Program-made: the position numbers and the translations under genes | The notes under the pieces: generated by a model | What the model was told of the DNA's origin: nothing | The model's input: only the letters and a program-made list of their open reading frames with translations | Databases searched by the model: none | Part shown: in pieces, positions 52,501-64,000 of the stretch | Numbering within the stretch: the first letter of the stretch is position 1 | Layout of the letters: each line of letters begins with the position of its first letter | Assembly: GCF_009834535.1 (NCBI RefSeq) | Contig: NC_045696.1 | Location: 104,720,001-104,784,000 of the forward strand | Direction of reading: 5' to 3' | Source: Camelus ferus | Taxonomy: Eukaryota | Length of the DNA: 64,000 nucleotides

Positions 52501-53264
52501 TGAGAGAATTTAATGAAGACCTGGAGAGGTCTTAGTGGAGAGATAGACACTTTTCATGATTTGGTAGGTTCTATATGGTTAAAATACGAATTTTCCTTTA
52601 ATCAATCTATAGCATCAATGCAACCCAAGTCAAAATAATAGCAAAACTGTTTAAATGGATAAGCTAATTCTAAAATTTGTATGAAAATGAAAAAGACCTG
52701 ATATAGCTAAGACAATTCTGAAAAAGAAGAGCAAAGTTTGAGGACTTATACTACCTGATGGTAAGACTTGTTGTAAAGCTACACTAATCAGGATAGTATA
52801 ATATTAACATAAAGATAGACATATAGATCAATAGAAAGAATGAGAGTGTAGAAATAGACACACAAAGAAATGGTCAATTCATTTCTGACAAAGGTTCCAA
52901 GATAATTCAATGGGGGGAAAATAGTCCTTTCATTTAATGCTGCTGGAAAAATTGGATATACATATTTAAAAAGAAAAACTTCAATCTTACTGCACATCAT
53001 ACACAAAAAAAGGTCTCTAAATAGATCATAGTCCTAAATGTAGGAGTTAAGATTATAAACCCTTTAAAAGAAAGCATAGGGAAAAAAAACCCTGAGTAGT
53101 TAGGCAAGGATTTATTAGAAAAGACCAAAAGAGCATGAACCATAAAAGATAAAGTTGATTCATCAAACTTTATAAAAATTATAAATTTCTATTCTCAGAA
53201 AACATTCCTAAGAAAATATTTTTTAAAAGCCACAGACTGGGAGAAAGTTTTCAAAAACATATAG

Positions 53265-53965
53265 AGGAATTGTTCCTCAAAAGACTAAAAATAGAATTAT
53301 CATATGACCCAGCAATCCCACTCCTGGGCATATAATCAGAAGGAACCCTAATTCAAAAAGACACCTGCACCCCAGTATTCATAGCAGCACTATTTACAAT
53401 AGCCAAGACATGGAAACAACCTAAATGTCCATCAACAGATGACTGGATAAAGAAGTTGTGATATATTTATACAATGGAATACTATTCAGCCATAAAAATT
53501 ACAACATAATGCCATTTGTAGCAAAATGGATGTCCCTGGAAAATGTCATTCTATGTGAAGTAAGTCAGAAAGAGAAAGAAAAATACCATATGATATCACT
53601 CAATATGTGAAACCTTAAAAAAAAAAAAAGACAAATGAACTTAAGTATAGAAGAGAAACAGACTCACAGACATAGAATACAAACTTGTAGTTACTAGGGG
53701 GTAGGGGGTTGGGAAGGGACATACTGTGAGTTTGAGATTTGTACATGCTGACAGGTATAAATAGAATAGGTAAACAGGTTTATACTGTATAGCACAGGAA
53801 AATATATTCAAGATCTTATAGTAACTCATGGTGAAAAAGAATATGAAAATGAATATATGTATATTCATGTATGACTGAAAAATTGTGCTATACACCAGAA
53901 ATTGACACATTGCAAACTGACTATCTCTATAAAAAATTTTAAAATAAAAAATAAAATAAATAAAT
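53265..53965 (+). mobile_element. Young L1 3' end (about 700 bp) with A-rich tail, nested in the older L1
   Basis: gttcctcaaaagactaaaaatagaattatcatatgacccagcaatcccactcctgggcata...aaattgacacattgcaaactgactatctctataaaaa...aaataaaaaataaaataaataaata. Confidence 0.9.
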
Positions 53966-54580
53966 ACTAAAAATATATATAAAGAACTCTTACAACACAA
54001 AAAGACAATTTGTTAAAAAAAAAAGGAAAAATTTGAACACACCCTTCACTAAAACGAATATATGAGAATAAATAAGGACAAGAAAAAGTGTTCAACATTA
54101 ATCGTTATGGGAGACGTATAAATTAAAACCACTGTGGGATATTACCAAATCACCGCTAGAATGGACAAAATAAGACTGACAATACCAAGTTCTAATGAAG
54201 ATGTGAAGCAACTGAAAGTCTCATCTATTGCGGGTAAGAATGTAAAATGATACAGTCACTTCAGAAACAGTAATTTCTTTTAAAATGACTCAGCAATTCC
54301 ATTCCTAGGTTTTACCCAAGAGAAATGAAAACATAAATTACACAAAAATACTTGTAGGTAAATGTTCATAGAATCTTTATTCAGAATAGTGCCAAAGTGG
54401 AATGGCCATTGACCAGTGAATAGATAAACAAATTGCAGTATATCCATATAATGGACACCTACTCAGCAATGAAAAGAAATCAACAACTGATCCGTACAAC
54501 AGAATGGATGCAGCTCCAAAGTATTTCACTGGTGAAGTGAAAGAAGTCAGACACAAAGGACTACATGCTCTTTGCTATTT

Positions 54581-54690
54581 GGGGTCAGGGGATAGCTCAA
54601 GTGGTAGAGCACATGCTTAGCATGCATGAGGTCCAGGGTTCAATCCCCGGGATCTCTATTTAAATAAATAGATTAAAAAAAACCCCAAAA
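54581..54690 (+). mobile_element. Short tRNA-derived SINE (camelid Vic-1-like)
   Basis: ggggtcaggggatagctcaagtggtagagcacatgcttagcatgcatgaggtccagggttcaatcccc with an A-rich tail. Degenerate TSD actacatgctctttg (54560-54574) and actagatgctgtttg (54691-54705). Confidence 0.88.
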
Positions 54691-56149
54691 ACTAGATGCT
54701 GTTTGATGCCATTCATATGACATTTCAAGAAACTGCCAAAGTTGAAGGATGGATAACCGGTCAGGAATTGCTAGGGTCTGGGGCTAAGATGCCATTTGCT
54801 TGCAAAAGGGCACAAGGGAACTTTCTGGGATGATGGGACTGTTCTGTATCTTGATGGTGGTGATGGTTACACCTCCATGTGCCTTTGCTAAAATTTACCA
54901 ATCTGCACATTTAAAAAGAGTGAATTGTATTGTGTGTAAATTATACTTCAATAAATATGGGACAAGGACCAAGTCCTCATCCTCAAGGGATTCTCAGGCT
55001 AGATCCCCAATTCTAGGGATCCATGAGAACCAGTATAGTAAGAGGCAGGCAAGAAGAGGAAAAGCGGAGTTCTATGGAAAATGATGAGAAGCACCAACCC
55101 AGCCATGGTAATCCAGGACTGCTTCCTGGAGAAAGGAGGTTCTAAGTCATGAGCAGTAGGAATTAAACAGGGATACAAGATACGGAGGGTCCCAGGCAGA
55201 GGAACACTGTCCCACGATCAAAGCATCTGGAACTCCATGGGGGGAATGGGAATAGTTAGGTTTGGTTAGAGAACATAGTTTGAAGTGCAAGGCCAGCCAA
55301 GGGGCTGGACTGATGGGTATCTTCTACATCAACCAGGGAGTATTGGCTTGTACAGAATCATCCGGGAGCCGCTTCCAAACCCTGGCTTCAAAAGACACTA
55401 GAGAACCATCACCTTTTCAGAAAGAAGCAATAGGTGTTGATGCTTGTGGCTTGGCTGTAATTTCTTATTTAATCTCTTCCCTTCCCTGTCAAATGTTTTG
55501 TCTTTTTGTTCCAATAGACTGAGGCCAATCAGCTCATACTTTGCTCCATTTGGTTGTAACTTTAGAAGAACTGATTTTTATCAGTTCTTCACAAGATAAT
55601 GTCCATGTTTACTGTAAAATTCCTCTCGAGGCTGAGCTGTCTCATCATGCCCTCTTAGGACTGCTTCTTGACTCCATCTTGTCTCCTTTCCATGATGTTT
55701 CAGCATCTGGAAAATGCCTGTGTCTTTGCACTCATATAGAAGAAACACCAGTGTGTGATATTTCTGCTCCATTTACAGAGAAATTAGGTCTTGCCACCCA
55801 ATGCGCCTTTAACTAGAACACAGATGTGAGCACTCCTTGGTTCTCTTTGCTTCCACTTACGAAAAAAATGCATTAACACTCAATCCTAGCAGCAGGGACA
55901 AGTGGCTGATGACTCACCCTTTCAATCTTTCTGCTTACATCCTACAGTTGACCCTCTGGCCATTGCTAGCTCCTCAAGCCTCAGAACTCCAATACTTCTT
56001 CCCGGATAAAAGTAAGTCTTGAGTAGAAATGTACCATACTGATTGCAAAATGCTCCAGTGAGGTTAACTATACCCTAGTGAACAGGTCATTCTAGCTGTC
56101 AGACTGTTCTTTTGCCTGTCATGGCCAATTTCCCCTCCTGACTCAATCC

Positions 56150-56655
56150 TCTGGTAGAGCTACCGAGACCAGGGTGGACATCCAACTCCTGGGGGAAATC
56201 CATACGTGGAGCAGGCTGGGCCAATTGATTGGATCCTTGAGCTTTGATTTAAGAGGCCCACAAACTACAATGATTTGGAGGTGGGCACTTGAGCTGAAAG
56301 TTCAGAAGCAGTTGGGGCTGGCGTTCATGCAACGATCAGGCAACGCTGAGGAGGGAGTAGGAAGCTGTTAAAACCAGAGAAATCTAATCTGCCAGGAGAC
56401 AGAGGATTTTGAAGCCAGCATGCAGAGAGAAGAAAAGCACCCCGAGCAGCTATGGAGGATACAGAGGCTGGCCCCCACCCCTGTTCTCTAGTCCAGACCC
56501 TGCTCACCCTTCCCAGCCTTGCCAGCCTGCCATGGGGTGTCTGGGGCTGCCAAGTGAAGCCTTTCAGTAGTTCTTCCCCCAACCACCATTTTTGCAAATT
56601 TGTACTAGTTTGAGTGGATGTCTGTTCTTGCAATAAAATGATTCCTAACTACAAT
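56150..56655 (+). mobile_element. Ancient ERVL/MaLR LTR remnant
   Basis: 3' end tactagtttgagtggatgtctgttcttgcaataaaatgattcctaactaca, typical of LTR16/MLT1-type termini. Confidence 0.5.
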
Positions 56656-58844
56656 AATTGTAATAGCATTCTTTAAAGTATTTTTATTCCCTGTTTGGGA
56701 GTGCAGGTGAGATAGGACCCAGGTCTATGTGGAGGTAAGCCTGCCTAAGGGCAAGTCTGGTCCTTTGCTTGCCTGCCTCCCAACCACAAGACCAACAAAG
56801 CCACCCAAAGACCCCAGTCCCCTCCATCACCCAGGCCTTTGCTCTCATTGTGCTATCTACCCCTCTCCTCACACTCCCTTCTCCTGGCTCCTGCCTGTTC
56901 ATCCTTTCAGATGCAGCCCCAGCCCCACCTCCTCCAGTGGTCCTCCTCTGCACCCCTCATTACCCTCCACTGCCTGCTCTCATGCTATAGGTCCACTGTG
57001 TTGCCATTAGCTGTTTCCTTGTCCTTCCTTCCCCCTCTTCCGGGAGAGGGAGCACCCTAGTCACAATGATGCCCACAGGTCCTGACAGAGTGCCTCATTG
57101 ATAAATGAGGTGATCACACCTTTGCCTTGCTGGCACTTTCAGTGCCTTGCTGGCACTTTCAATTAGCAGCGCTTTGATTCCTATGAGCAGATATTCCTAC
57201 ATCACCCAAATAGAAAGAGGGCGTGCCTCACAAAACAGAGGGTGACATTTGCCATCACTTAATTAGAGGCAATATATATATCTCTTGCTAGAAGTACCAA
57301 TTAGAGAGTTTTAAATGCAAATCCCATGTGTGTGACTCACACATGCAAAGATTCACAGAAGATGAGGGTTACATTATATTGTTTTAATTGGGTTGAAAAA
57401 GCATTTCAGGAAAAAGCTGGCTGAATCATTAATCCTTAACTTCATGATGGCTGCTTTCAGTGAGGGTGGACCAGGGCTTACCTTCCCTCCTCCCTCCTTT
57501 CCTGCTATCCATCTATCTATCCATTTATCTACTATTCCTTTTTTTTTTTTTTTAATTTCCTTCCATCTGCCATTTTCCAACCAAAAATACTCAATTGTTT
57601 AGAGTGTGGGTTCTCTCAAAGTCATTAACTCAATTTCCCCAGCCTGGGGTGAACCATATGCCATTATCCCATTGGGTACTGGCACGTGGGCCAGGAGCAA
57701 GGCTACAAAAAAACTGTGCACTGGGGTATTGTGTAATCTTACAGAAGTGAGATTTTTCTGTTGTCTCTACACAAGCTTTCCAGATAAAGCCAACTGCCCA
57801 AAGCTTGCCTTAAGACAGACCCCGAGATTAGGTGCAAGGGGTACTAGGTTTAATGTAATAGTTCTGACACTGTGTAACCAACAAGGCATCTTGGCCAAGT
57901 CTTTAAATCTTCCCAGACCCCTGCTCACTCTCCTTTAGAAAATGGAGTAATACCAACCCCACAGAGTTACTAGGAGGAAGATAAAATGGGATTCTGAGTC
58001 AGAGCTGACTCAGTGCTGATGAGCACTGCATGTGTCCCCAGTAAAGGCCCTTGGTTTGATTCTGAATCTCAACACCCAGAGCCTGTGGTCAGGACCCAGC
58101 TGGGACCCAGTGTGCCCCAGGATAGACAGTGCCCAAGTCATGCAAGGAATCTATTGGTGGGCTAGGAAAATCAGATTAAGTCTGTGAAAAAGACTGGGAG
58201 CCAAAATCTTTTAGAATAGAAGAGGGAAAAACAACTGTGATGGTTTAATGCTCCCATTCAGTTGCTAGAGCCAACTTTTTTCCACACAAAATGCCTAACC
58301 TACTGAACAACATTATTGGACTGAAGTGTGCACTAAATTGTTATATCTGTAATTCCCCAAGATTGTTATGACTTCAATATCTCATCCTTCACTGCATTTT
58401 AAACATCTTTAACCCCCTAAAACCAGCCGGTAACTTACTTCGGAATTTAGGCAACTAGATGTAATTGTCCACAATTCTTTCTGCAATTGCAACCACAACC
58501 ACGACGTAGCTAATCAGGAACTGCCACTCCTGAGGGTCTACTGTGTGGTGGTCTCTACGGTTGTGATCGCATTAACTTTTCACAACTGCCCCCGTGGGAA
58601 GGGTTAGGTGGGCTCCATTTCCTCATAGAGGTCATGGAGGCTCAGGGAGCTTCAGGAAATCATACAAGGTCATGGTCTTTTATGGAAGAAGTGAGGTTCC
58701 CACCCGACTGGGTCATTCCTCCCCCTAATCAGAGATCAGTGGAGTAGCACACATTTGCTTCCATCTCCTGTAGGTCAAGACTTGGACTGAGTGCTCTGAG
58801 TGGGCACAGGGAGACAAGAGAGCCAAGATTGAACCAACTGGAGA

Positions 58845-59286
58845 ACAGTCAGAGTTCTCAAGGGGAATAGAACCAAAGGAGAGAGACACAGACATAGACA
58901 TAGACATGGACATATATGTATGTATATATGTGTGTGTGTCTGTAAATATATATAAAAGGAATTGGCTCACACTATTGTGAGGGCTGGCTAATCTGAAATC
59001 TGTAGGGCAGCCCTGCAATTTGGAAGCTCAGGAAGGAGTTGATGCTGCAGTCTTGAGGTAGAATTTCTTCTTTTCTGGGAAAACTCCCTTTTGCTCTTTA
59101 TTAAAACCTTTCAACTGATTGGGTGAAGCCCACTCACATTATTGAGGGTAATCTCCCTTACCTAAAGTCAGCCGCCTGCAGATGTTAACCACATCTCCAA
59201 AATGCCTTCACAGCAATACCTAGATTAGTGTTGAATAACTAGATACTACAACCTAGATAAACGGACACATAAAACTAACCATCACA
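58845..59286 (-). mobile_element. ERVL solo LTR (MLT2-type) with internal simple repeats
   Basis: aaggaattggctcacactattgtgagggctggctaatctgaaatctgtagggcag...cctttcaactgattgggtgaagcccactcacattattgagggtaatct...acacataaaactaaccatcaca. Confidence 0.85.
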
Positions 59287-60107
59287 CTCACTGGAGAATT
59301 TTTTTAAATGCTATATTCAAAATGAGTGAGAAGATTGGATGTGACAGTATGAATTCCTTTTAACTTCAGACAGAAACACCAAGCTTTTGTTTCTTTACTG
59401 GCAAACTAAGAAATAAAGCCTTCGTGGCTTTTGCTATCAACTTTGTTTGACAGGGTAGCAAATGCAGCGATACATTTTTATTGCAAATTCCATTTCATGC
59501 CTTAGATCCCCAGATGTACAGAACAATGAGTGGCAATTATCTGGTTTACAGTAAATTCACTGCAAAAGGCTCACCTGCTTCTTAAGGCTTCGAGAAGAAA
59601 GCACTGGCAGGCCAATTTCACTTCTTATTTATATGGACTGCTTTCTGCATTTCTCCAGCTCTGGCTTCTTCTTGGGAGGTTGTGGGATATCAGAGGTAGA
59701 GGGTAGGCAAGGAAAGCCTCCCCTCCACTAGCACCAAACACACAATCATAATAAAGCTGTAATCCGAATACCCGGCATCACCCTCCTGATCAGCCCTGAG
59801 TATCAGGGTATCAGACAAGACGGTTCCATTTCCATTCAAGTGGAATTGACTGCACCCCCACCTGCTCCGCTCAGCTCAGCTTAGGCACCACTGACTCAGG
59901 GAAGCCTTCTCCAACCCTCCTTCCTCCCCTCCCCTAAAGACATCCCCTGGGCTGAATCAGGTCTCTCTCCTTGTCCTCCCACAGCCCCCTGCCTATCCTT
60001 AGCCCATCAAGGACAAAACTGGGCCGTACATATCTTTTGTGTCTTTTCATTATCAGATGGTGGGTAAAGATGCCGCGTCTTTCATGCCTGTATCTCTAAC
60101 CCTAGCA

Positions 60108-60590
60108 CAACAGTTCTCAAAGTATGTCCCAGGAACCCTCTGGAGTCCCTGAGACCCTTTGAGAGTTTCACAAGGTCAAACTTATTTTCATGAAAGTACT
60201 AAGATACTCTGCTTTCTTGGTTCTCATTCTCTCTAGAGGAGTTTTCCCGAGGCTATATGAGAGGTACCACCATAGACTGACTCCAGAAACAGACATGAGA
60301 ATTCAGCTGTCTTCTATTAAGCCAGACATTTGCAAAAATGTAAAACAATGGCACTCTCCTCATTATTTTAAAATTTTGGATACTATAGTTATTTTTAATT
60401 AAAAAGTATGTTATTTTCGTCAATATGTGACAGATTTCTTATTATTCTTCATTGAATTAATAAATATATATTAGATTTTGTCATTAATGCAATAAATGGC
60501 AATAGATATTATCCACAAAAACAAAAGCTCGGAGGTCACTAACAATATTTAAGGGCGGTAAATTGTTTTGAGACGGAAAAGTTTGCTGTG
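60108..60590. mobile_element. hAT-Charlie element (Charlie4-like), internally deleted
   Basis: ttctcaaagtatgtccc...ccctgagacccttt...aggtcaaacttattttcat...catgagaattcagctgtcttctattaagccagacatt. Confidence 0.7.
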
Positions 60591-62169
60591 TGACCTGGCA
60601 AAGAACTATAGTACGCTCTATTCATATAGGAATAAAGAGAAAAGGTGCAAGCAGAGGAACAGAGTGGAGAGAGAACAGAGAGGCAGAGCTGAGGGAGAAA
60701 AGAAAGGATGTCTGAAGTCGTCAAGGCCAGGCTCACAGAATCAATGCTTAGCTTCAGCTCAGTTGGGGGAAGTCCATCAACGCTAGTGAGAAGATCAGCC
60801 CTTTCTCTGGTTCTGGTTGTGACAGAAAAGCTGCTGGTTGACCGAGTAGCCAGCACACCAATTGTTGTGTTAGCATATAGGTAACAGGGCCTGTGACTTT
60901 TCTGGAAAAAGGAAGAGGAGCATCCTCTCATGCTGTAGGAACTTGAGCGCACTGCTGTCAAGAGAATAATTGTCTGAAATCACACTCCTTATATCACTTG
61001 CAACCTGGTTGGAGGAAACGCCATAAAAAGAAACAAACTTCATAAATCATTCCTGCAAAAGGCACCAGAGGTTAAAAGCATCGTGATGAATTTCTGAAAT
61101 AAATCTGGACTCGGAATTTTCTGAGTGTTTGGCAGGCAACTATTGTATCTCAACAGAGGAATCATGATCTTGACAATTGTAGAGGGTAAATCCATGCTTA
61201 AGGGATCAATTTCTCCTAGAGGTAAATAGAACAGGTATTTGGCAGCTGGAAGAGTCAGTGCATTAGGCATCCTTCCCCCACTCCACTGCCAAATGCATGG
61301 GATCCCTGATCTGACAATCTAAGCACTCTGGAGCCTGGCACGTGGCAGGTGCTCAACAAGTGTGGTTAGAAGATCAGTGAATAAATATGCTCTTATTGCT
61401 TGTGTCAATGATCTGTAAAGACCTATATAGAGTGAATCCTCCCCAAATATAAATTCTCTTAACCGATTTCTGGTTTGGACACATTTACTTCTGAATAACT
61501 CTGGTTGATCAAGAGAATGTTGGTCTCCACATATACTAACACTACTTCTGGGGATTACTGAACAAGGAAGAAACAAAGGAATAAAAAGAAGAGGATGGAT
61601 GGACAAATAGATAAAGGAAACAGATAAAGGAAACTGGCAGGAGATAAACACCCGCCTGAAACCGTTCAGCCTGGAAAGAGAATTCCATGGATTTCCATGG
61701 AACTGAAAAGGTCCCAGGAGGAAAAGTGCCTCCTGACTCATGGAATCAGATTGTCACAGGACATTTGGTGGGGAACAAGACATGCATATTATCTGTAACA
61801 GAGCACACAAATGTACTAGCAATTAACTGATTTAGGGTTGGGAAAGTCTAAAAGATTCTTATGAGCACAGAAAGATAAATGGAATTAATTGTGCAGAGCT
61901 CATTACATTAAATTTAAGATGGGTACCGTGCTATTGATAGTGTATTATTTGGTGCGCTGCATATTAGTGAAAGTGGAGATATTTACAAAAACTGTTACAT
62001 GTTAATTCTCAGTATTATTTTCTCATTTCTTTTTTTTTAAATGAGGATTGAATTTCTCAACAGTGATGCCTCCTCCCATTGTGCATTTCCAAGAATTCAA
62101 TCCACATCACAAAGGGCATGGGCAAGACCTCCCCTGCTGTCCCGCTGGCATCTGGTAGGATTAATATAG

Positions 62170-62510
62170 CCTGTGTCCCTTTGAGGTTAGCAAGGTGTGC
62201 TAGCCCAGGTTCTTCAAGAAGCAGATAACAAGACCCAGGCTGGGATTAAACGTGCAAGAATTTTACAAGGGAAAATGCAGATTAGACCTTGGTGCAAATG
62301 TAATTCCAGGAGAGAGAAAGAAAAGGTTGGGTAAAAAAGCTTCAAACTGTCATGCAGTCCACGTGGGTCTCTACAAAGCCAAAGCCCTCAGGCCTCCTCA
62401 AGCTCAAGTTCAGCAGTCAGAGCAGTACCCTGTCCCCCAGGAGCGAGTCTGCCTTGGTGCCCCCAGGACCCCCATACTCCACAGGAACAGCCCGTGGAAC
62501 GTATGGTCTC
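62170..62510 (-). mobile_element. ERVL LTR16-like remnant
   Basis: ggttcttcaagaagcagataacaagac...gggattaaacgtgcaagaatttta. Confidence 0.45.
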
Positions 62511-62689
62511 AGAGCCCAGATGTTTCAAGTCCCAGCCCCTGGCTTTGTGAGAAAGAAGGGCAAGGATGTTCAGTGTTTGAATCTGAATTACCTGCTCTTT
62601 TTTTAAGATGAGTCCCTGACCGGGTATAACCTTCCATCCCCATTCAAATGCTCAGGGAATGCTCACCTCTGCCTGCCACTTGGGAACAG

Positions 62690-63570
62690 GAAGCAACTTT
62701 GGATTTCCTCCCTGGACTTGCTCCTCACCTCAAGGGCACCATCTCAGAAAACGGCACCAATATTCCTGCTGAAGCAAAAACCTCAGGAGGCAGCTTGATT
62801 CCTGCTTTTTCCAAACCAACAGTCCTTTCCCATCCACACAATCCATCACAGCTTCTGTCATTTCTACACCAACAGAGTAGAATGCAGCTGCCTTCCACCT
62901 GCCAACATCCTACCTCCAGCCAATACCATCTCTTGCCTGAACCCTTGGAAGAACCCTCAAAATTGCCTTACTGTTTTCTCCTACAATCCCTTTTCCACAG
63001 AGCTTCTGGAGTGATGGTTTCAAAAACAAAATCTGATCATAAAGCTGGCGGTGGCCATTTCTGCTTAGACCCTCTCAAGGTGGCCCGCCATGCTTAGAAT
63101 AAAGTTCAAATTTCTTCTCATAGTCTATAAGGCCCCCTCCTGACTCATCTCCCACCACTTCCATCCCCCATGCCCCAGTCACACTGGTTTCCTTTTTATT
63201 CCTCAAATTCACCGAACTGAGTCCTACCTGAGGTCCTCGCACTAACTGTTCCACTGTGTGGAATGCCTTTCCCCTGTGGCATGACTACTTGCTTCTCATC
63301 ACTCGACCCTCAGCTCAGACTTCAGATCCCTTTCTTGAAGACCTCATCTCAACTCTCCCTGCCCCCATAACCCAGCTTCTCTTCTTTTCATCACAGTGAT
63401 CACACCCGAAATGACCTTTCGTAAGTCTTGACTCAGTAATTGTGTCTCTGGCCCCTCCAAATGGAAGCCCTCCCTGTCTGTTTTGTCCGTCACCATTTCT
63501 CCAGGGCTGAGACAGAGCCAGGCCCATGGTAGGCACCCATAATACATACATGTTCAATCAGTGAGTGAGC
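62690..63570 (+). mobile_element. L2 LINE 3' region (about 0.9 kb)
   Basis: C/T-rich L2 text (ttttccacagagcttctggagtgatggtttcaaaaacaaaatctgatcat...cttagaataaagttcaaatttctt...) ending ggcccatggtaggcaccc...gttcaatcagtgagtgag. Confidence 0.8.
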
Positions 63571-64000
63571 TGGCACCCAATGTGACTGTGAGCGAGCTCA
63601 GGGAAGTGTCTCTCTGGCATTCGGCCCCTCTTTCAGAGCCCTTTCCTGGCTCAGCTCAGCTTCCTCTGGAAGCCTCACTCCCAGACGCCGCTCTTGCTCC
63701 CCTCCCCGGGCTGCCATCACAGCCCCCTGCTCGGCCTCCCCACTGCCCCCCGGGCAGCCGAGGTGAATGATGCTCAGACTCTTTCCATGTCAAGTTTCTC
63801 ATTTTCATCCAAAGAGAATCTCAGAGCCCCTAAGGACTTTTAACTTCAAAAGGATGGAGCTCTCAGAGAAGGAGAGCAGGGGCAAGGTGACGATTTTTAA
63901 GAATGGCTTCTTTGATTCACCTGTGCCTTGATTTCCTTTTTAACCCTGACCCCCAAACACTGGGGTGCACCAGCCCTCATAGCTCTTTCCACAGCATCCA

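Larger units (their letters stand above)
52050..54958 (+). mobile_element. Old L1 3' half (decayed ORF2 RT/C-terminal region and 3' UTR) with nested insertions
   Basis: EKAFDKIQHPF at about 52049, LSLFAENM (degenerate LFADDM) at about 52231, ttctgaaaaagaagagcaaagtttgaggacttatactacctga, and terminal aaattatacttcaataaa. Confidence 0.9.
48424..64000 (-). other. CLSTN2: CLSTN2 intron upstream of the exon (intron 1, partial)
   Basis: AG acceptor at 48424-48425. No signal-peptide exon or CpG-island promoter is visible in the window. Confidence 0.8.

Noticed and set aside
54581..54655. tRNA-Ala-like gene (also 23362-23440)
   Set aside because: A and B boxes are present, but the acceptor stem is not intact and there is an A-rich tail plus TSD. 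These are SINE copies, not tRNA genes.
36323..57161. Short direct repeats as a CRISPR-like or other prokaryote-type array
   Set aside because: They are isolated head-to-tail duplications without spacers, in clearly mammalian DNA. No operons, cas genes or prokaryotic signals were seen.
63680..63770. Small GC/CpG-rich patch as a CpG-island promoter
   Set aside because: Under 100 bp with only a few CpGs, far below island size.
1..64000. The many 60-176 aa ORFs in the six-frame track
   Set aside because: Most start at non-ATG codons, overlap repeats or have no recognisable domain. Their lengths fit random mammalian intronic DNA. Only the CLSTN2 exon and L1 ORF2 remnants are interpretable.

Overview
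Eukaryotic, mammalian, repeat-rich intronic DNA. The only coding sequence I can support is one 123-bp minus-strand exon (48301-48423) encoding (V)NKHKPWIETSYHGVITENNDTVILDPPLVALDKDAPVPFA(G). This is the start of the first cadherin repeat of a calsyntenin and is best identified as CLSTN2 exon 2. The rest of the window is therefore probably its very long flanking introns: intron 1 above 48423 and intron 2 below 48301. Those introns contain many decayed transposable elements: old and lineage-young L1 pieces (several with target-site duplications), short tRNA-derived SINEs resembling camelid Vic-1 (suggesting a camel/alpaca-type genome), MIR, L2, MaLR/ERV solo LTRs, and hAT/Tigger MITEs. Apart from the exon and a few L1-derived pieces, the supplied ORFs look like noise. 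I did not find a convincing novel biological system. The best leads are regulatory or structural: a near-consensus CTCF site, an RE1/REST-like site, inverted young L1 fragments flanking the frame-preserving exon (possible circRNA), nested or chimeric L1 insertions, and several repeat-free motif-dense blocks. Repeat family names come from recall of consensus sequences, not a database search. Repeat boundaries are approximate unless a TSD or TIR is quoted.
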